A stretch of 64,000 bases of DNA from an uncultured cyanobacterium. GTDB taxonomy: Bacteria > Cyanobacteriota > Cyanobacteriia > Cyanobacteriales > Cyanobacteriaceae. Of this stretch, positions 62,227 through 64,000 are shown piece after piece. The stretch's first letter is position 1. Each line of letters begins with the position of its first letter. The DNA is taken from NCBI GenBank assembly GCA_963710605.1, contig CAVQBA010000006.1, forward strand, positions 576,001-640,000. The letters run 5' to 3'. Under the pieces are notes generated by a model. The model did not search any database. It was not told the origin of the DNA and saw nothing but the letters and a program-made list of their open reading frames with translations. A program made the translations under genes and the position numbers.

Positions 62227-64000
62227 ATGGCTAATCATTTACTTGATACTCAAAGTTTATATCTTCGTAAACACGCTGAAAATCCGATCGATTGGTGGTA
62301 TTGGGGTGAAGAGGCTTTAACACTTGCCAAGTTACAAAACAAACCTATTTTTCTATCGATCGGTTATTCTAGTTGTCATTGGTGTACGGTGATGGAAGGT
62401 GAAGCTTTTTCTGATGAATCAATAGCCGAATATTTAAATGAACATTTTATTGCAATCAAAGTCGATCGAGAAGAACGACCAGATGTTGATAATATTTACA
62501 TGACAGCTTTACAAATGATGACAGGGCAAGGAGGATGGCCATTAAATATATTTCTTTCTCCTGATGACTTAATACCCTTTTATGGCGGTACTTATTTTCC
62601 TGTCGAACCACGTTATAACAAACCCGGATTTTTACAAATTCTTGAATCCCTTAACGATTTTTATCATAATCAACCAGAAAAACTTGACAACTTAAAATCA
62701 GAAATCAAATCCGCTTTAGAAGCTAACGCTCAACTAAATACTTCTACGACAATACAACTCAACCAAGATATTTTTGAGCAAGGTATTAGCAAAAATGCTC
62801 CTGTTATTAGTCAATCTCAATCTGGCAGACCAAGTTTCCCGATGATGCCTTATGCTAATTTAACATTACAAAATTCAATTGAAAACACAGAATATCGCCA
62901 ATTAGCGATTAATCGAGCAGTAGATTTAGTTAATGGTGGAATTTATGATCATGTTGGTGGTGGTTTTCATCGTTATACAGTAGATTCTAATTGGACTGTA
63001 CCGCATTTTGAAAAGATGCTTTATGATAATGGTTTAATCATGGAGTTTTTAGCTAATTTATGGTCAACTGGTGTTGAAATAGAAGAAATAAAAGAAGCAG
63101 TTGAAGGTACTTATAATTGGTTAAAACGAGAAATGACGATCGAAGAAGGTTATTTTTCTGCTTCTCAAGATGCCGATAATTTTGCTTCAGTTAATCAAGA
63201 TGAGCCAGAAGAGGGTGATTTTTATGTATGGAGTTATCGAGATTTACAACAGATTTTGTCACCTTCAGAATTTATCGCTTTTGATCATACCTTTGAACTA
63301 AGCAAACAAGGAAACTTTGAAGGTAAAAACGTTTTACAAAAAAAAGTAGATAAGCCGATAAATACTACTATTAAAAACTGTTATCAAAAATTATTTAAAG
63401 CTCGTTATGGAGATTATCCCACAAACTTAATTAGTTTTCCTCCTGCTAGAAATAATGAAGAAGCTAAAAGTATTCCTTGGCATGGCAGAATACCTCCTGT
63501 AACTGACACAAAAATGATTTTGTCTTGGAATTGTTTAATGATTTCAGGTTTAGCCCGTGCTTATGGTGTTTTCAAACAAGAAAAGTATTTACTAGTTGCT
63601 CAAAAAGCAATGGATTTTATTTTAGCTAACCAATGGCAAAACGATCGATTATATCGACTTAATTATGATGGTGAGGTAAGTATTTTAGCTCAAGCAGAAG
63701 ATTATGCTCTATTAATTAAAGCATTACTAGATTTAACTCATAATCATTCTGACAATAGTCTTCACTATTTAGAACAAGCAATCAAAGTACAAACCGAATT
63801 TGATTTTTATTGTGGTGACCAACAAAATGGTGGTTATTATAATAATGCCAATGATAACAACGATCTTCTCCTTATTCGTGAAAAAAGCTATATTGATCAT
63901 GCTACTCCTTCAGCTAACGGAATTGCGATCGCTAATTTAGTTCGTTTAGGATTACTTACCGATAACTTAAAGTATCTAGACAAAGCTGAAAAAACACTAA
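62227..64000 (+). CDS. YyaL/SSP411-like thioredoxin-domain protein (runs off window end)
   Basis: Manual translation MANHLLDTQSLYLRKHAENPIDWWYW...IGYSSCHWCTVMEGEAF...KVDREERPDVD...GGWPL...GGGFHRY.VD..W.VPHFEKMLYDN. Confidence 0.9.
   Translation, partial: MANHLLDTQSLYLRKHAENPIDWWYWGEEALTLAKLQNKPIFLSIGYSSCHWCTVMEGEAFSDESIAEYLNEHFIAIKVDREERPDVDNIYMTALQMMTGQGGWPLNIFLSPDDLIPFYGGTYFPVEPRYNKPGFLQILESLNDFYHNQPEKLDNLKSEIKSALEANAQLNTSTTIQLNQDIFEQGISKNAPVISQSQSGRPSFPMMPYANLTLQNSIENTEYRQLAINRAVDLVNGGIYDHVGGGFHRYTVDSNWTVPHFEKMLYDNGLIMEFLANLWSTGVEIEEIKEAVEGTYNWLKREMTIEEGYFSASQDADNFASVNQDEPEEGDFYVWSYRDLQQILSPSEFIAFDHTFELSKQGNFEGKNVLQKKVDKPINTTIKNCYQKLFKARYGDYPTNLISFPPARNNEEAKSIPWHGRIPPVTDTKMILSWNCLMISGLARAYGVFKQEKYLLVAQKAMDFILANQWQNDRLYRLNYDGEVSILAQAEDYALLIKALLDLTHNHSDNSLHYLEQAIKVQTEFDFYCGDQQNGGYYNNANDNNDLLLIREKSYIDHATPSANGIAIANLVRLGLLTDNLKYLDKAEKTL

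Overview
AT-rich chromosomal window from a unicellular cyanobacterium (dense HIP1-core CGATCG sites, split-intein dnaE-n, ccmK, ferrochelatase with CAB tail; resembles Cyanobacterium/Geminocystis, not verifiable here). Most genes are housekeeping: bchE-like, sufB, pepA, narM, hflX, lptF/G, dnaE-n, a prx/DDOR-like/perR redox locus, hemH, gloA, rsmI, nadK and a yyaL-like gene. The main accessory element is a ~10.4 kb anti-phage island (18129-28541) that looks like a complete SspABCD-SspE single-strand DNA phosphorothioation system. Its order is rearranged (sspB-sspC-higBA-sspD-sspE-antitoxin/PIN remnant-sspA). Its distal 5.9 kb is bracketed by a perfect 18-bp inverted repeat, and its sspE lacks the host CGATCG signature. 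Other notable items: a TnpB-only IS200/IS605 element with a 48-bp in-frame hairpin insert, a 24-bp in-frame insert at a HIP1-like site, an 8 x 39-bp mosaic tandem array between inverted REP-like hairpins, nested MITEs, a DUF4394 repeat protein with a circularly permuted CHRD insertion, and a CheB-CheR-PAS hybrid kinase split by a 4-bp duplication. Several frameshifts or substitutions in conserved genes fall in GGNCC(AT) contexts, which suggests modification-linked sequencing errors. No rRNA, tRNA or CRISPR array was seen. All family assignments come from motif recognition, not database searches.
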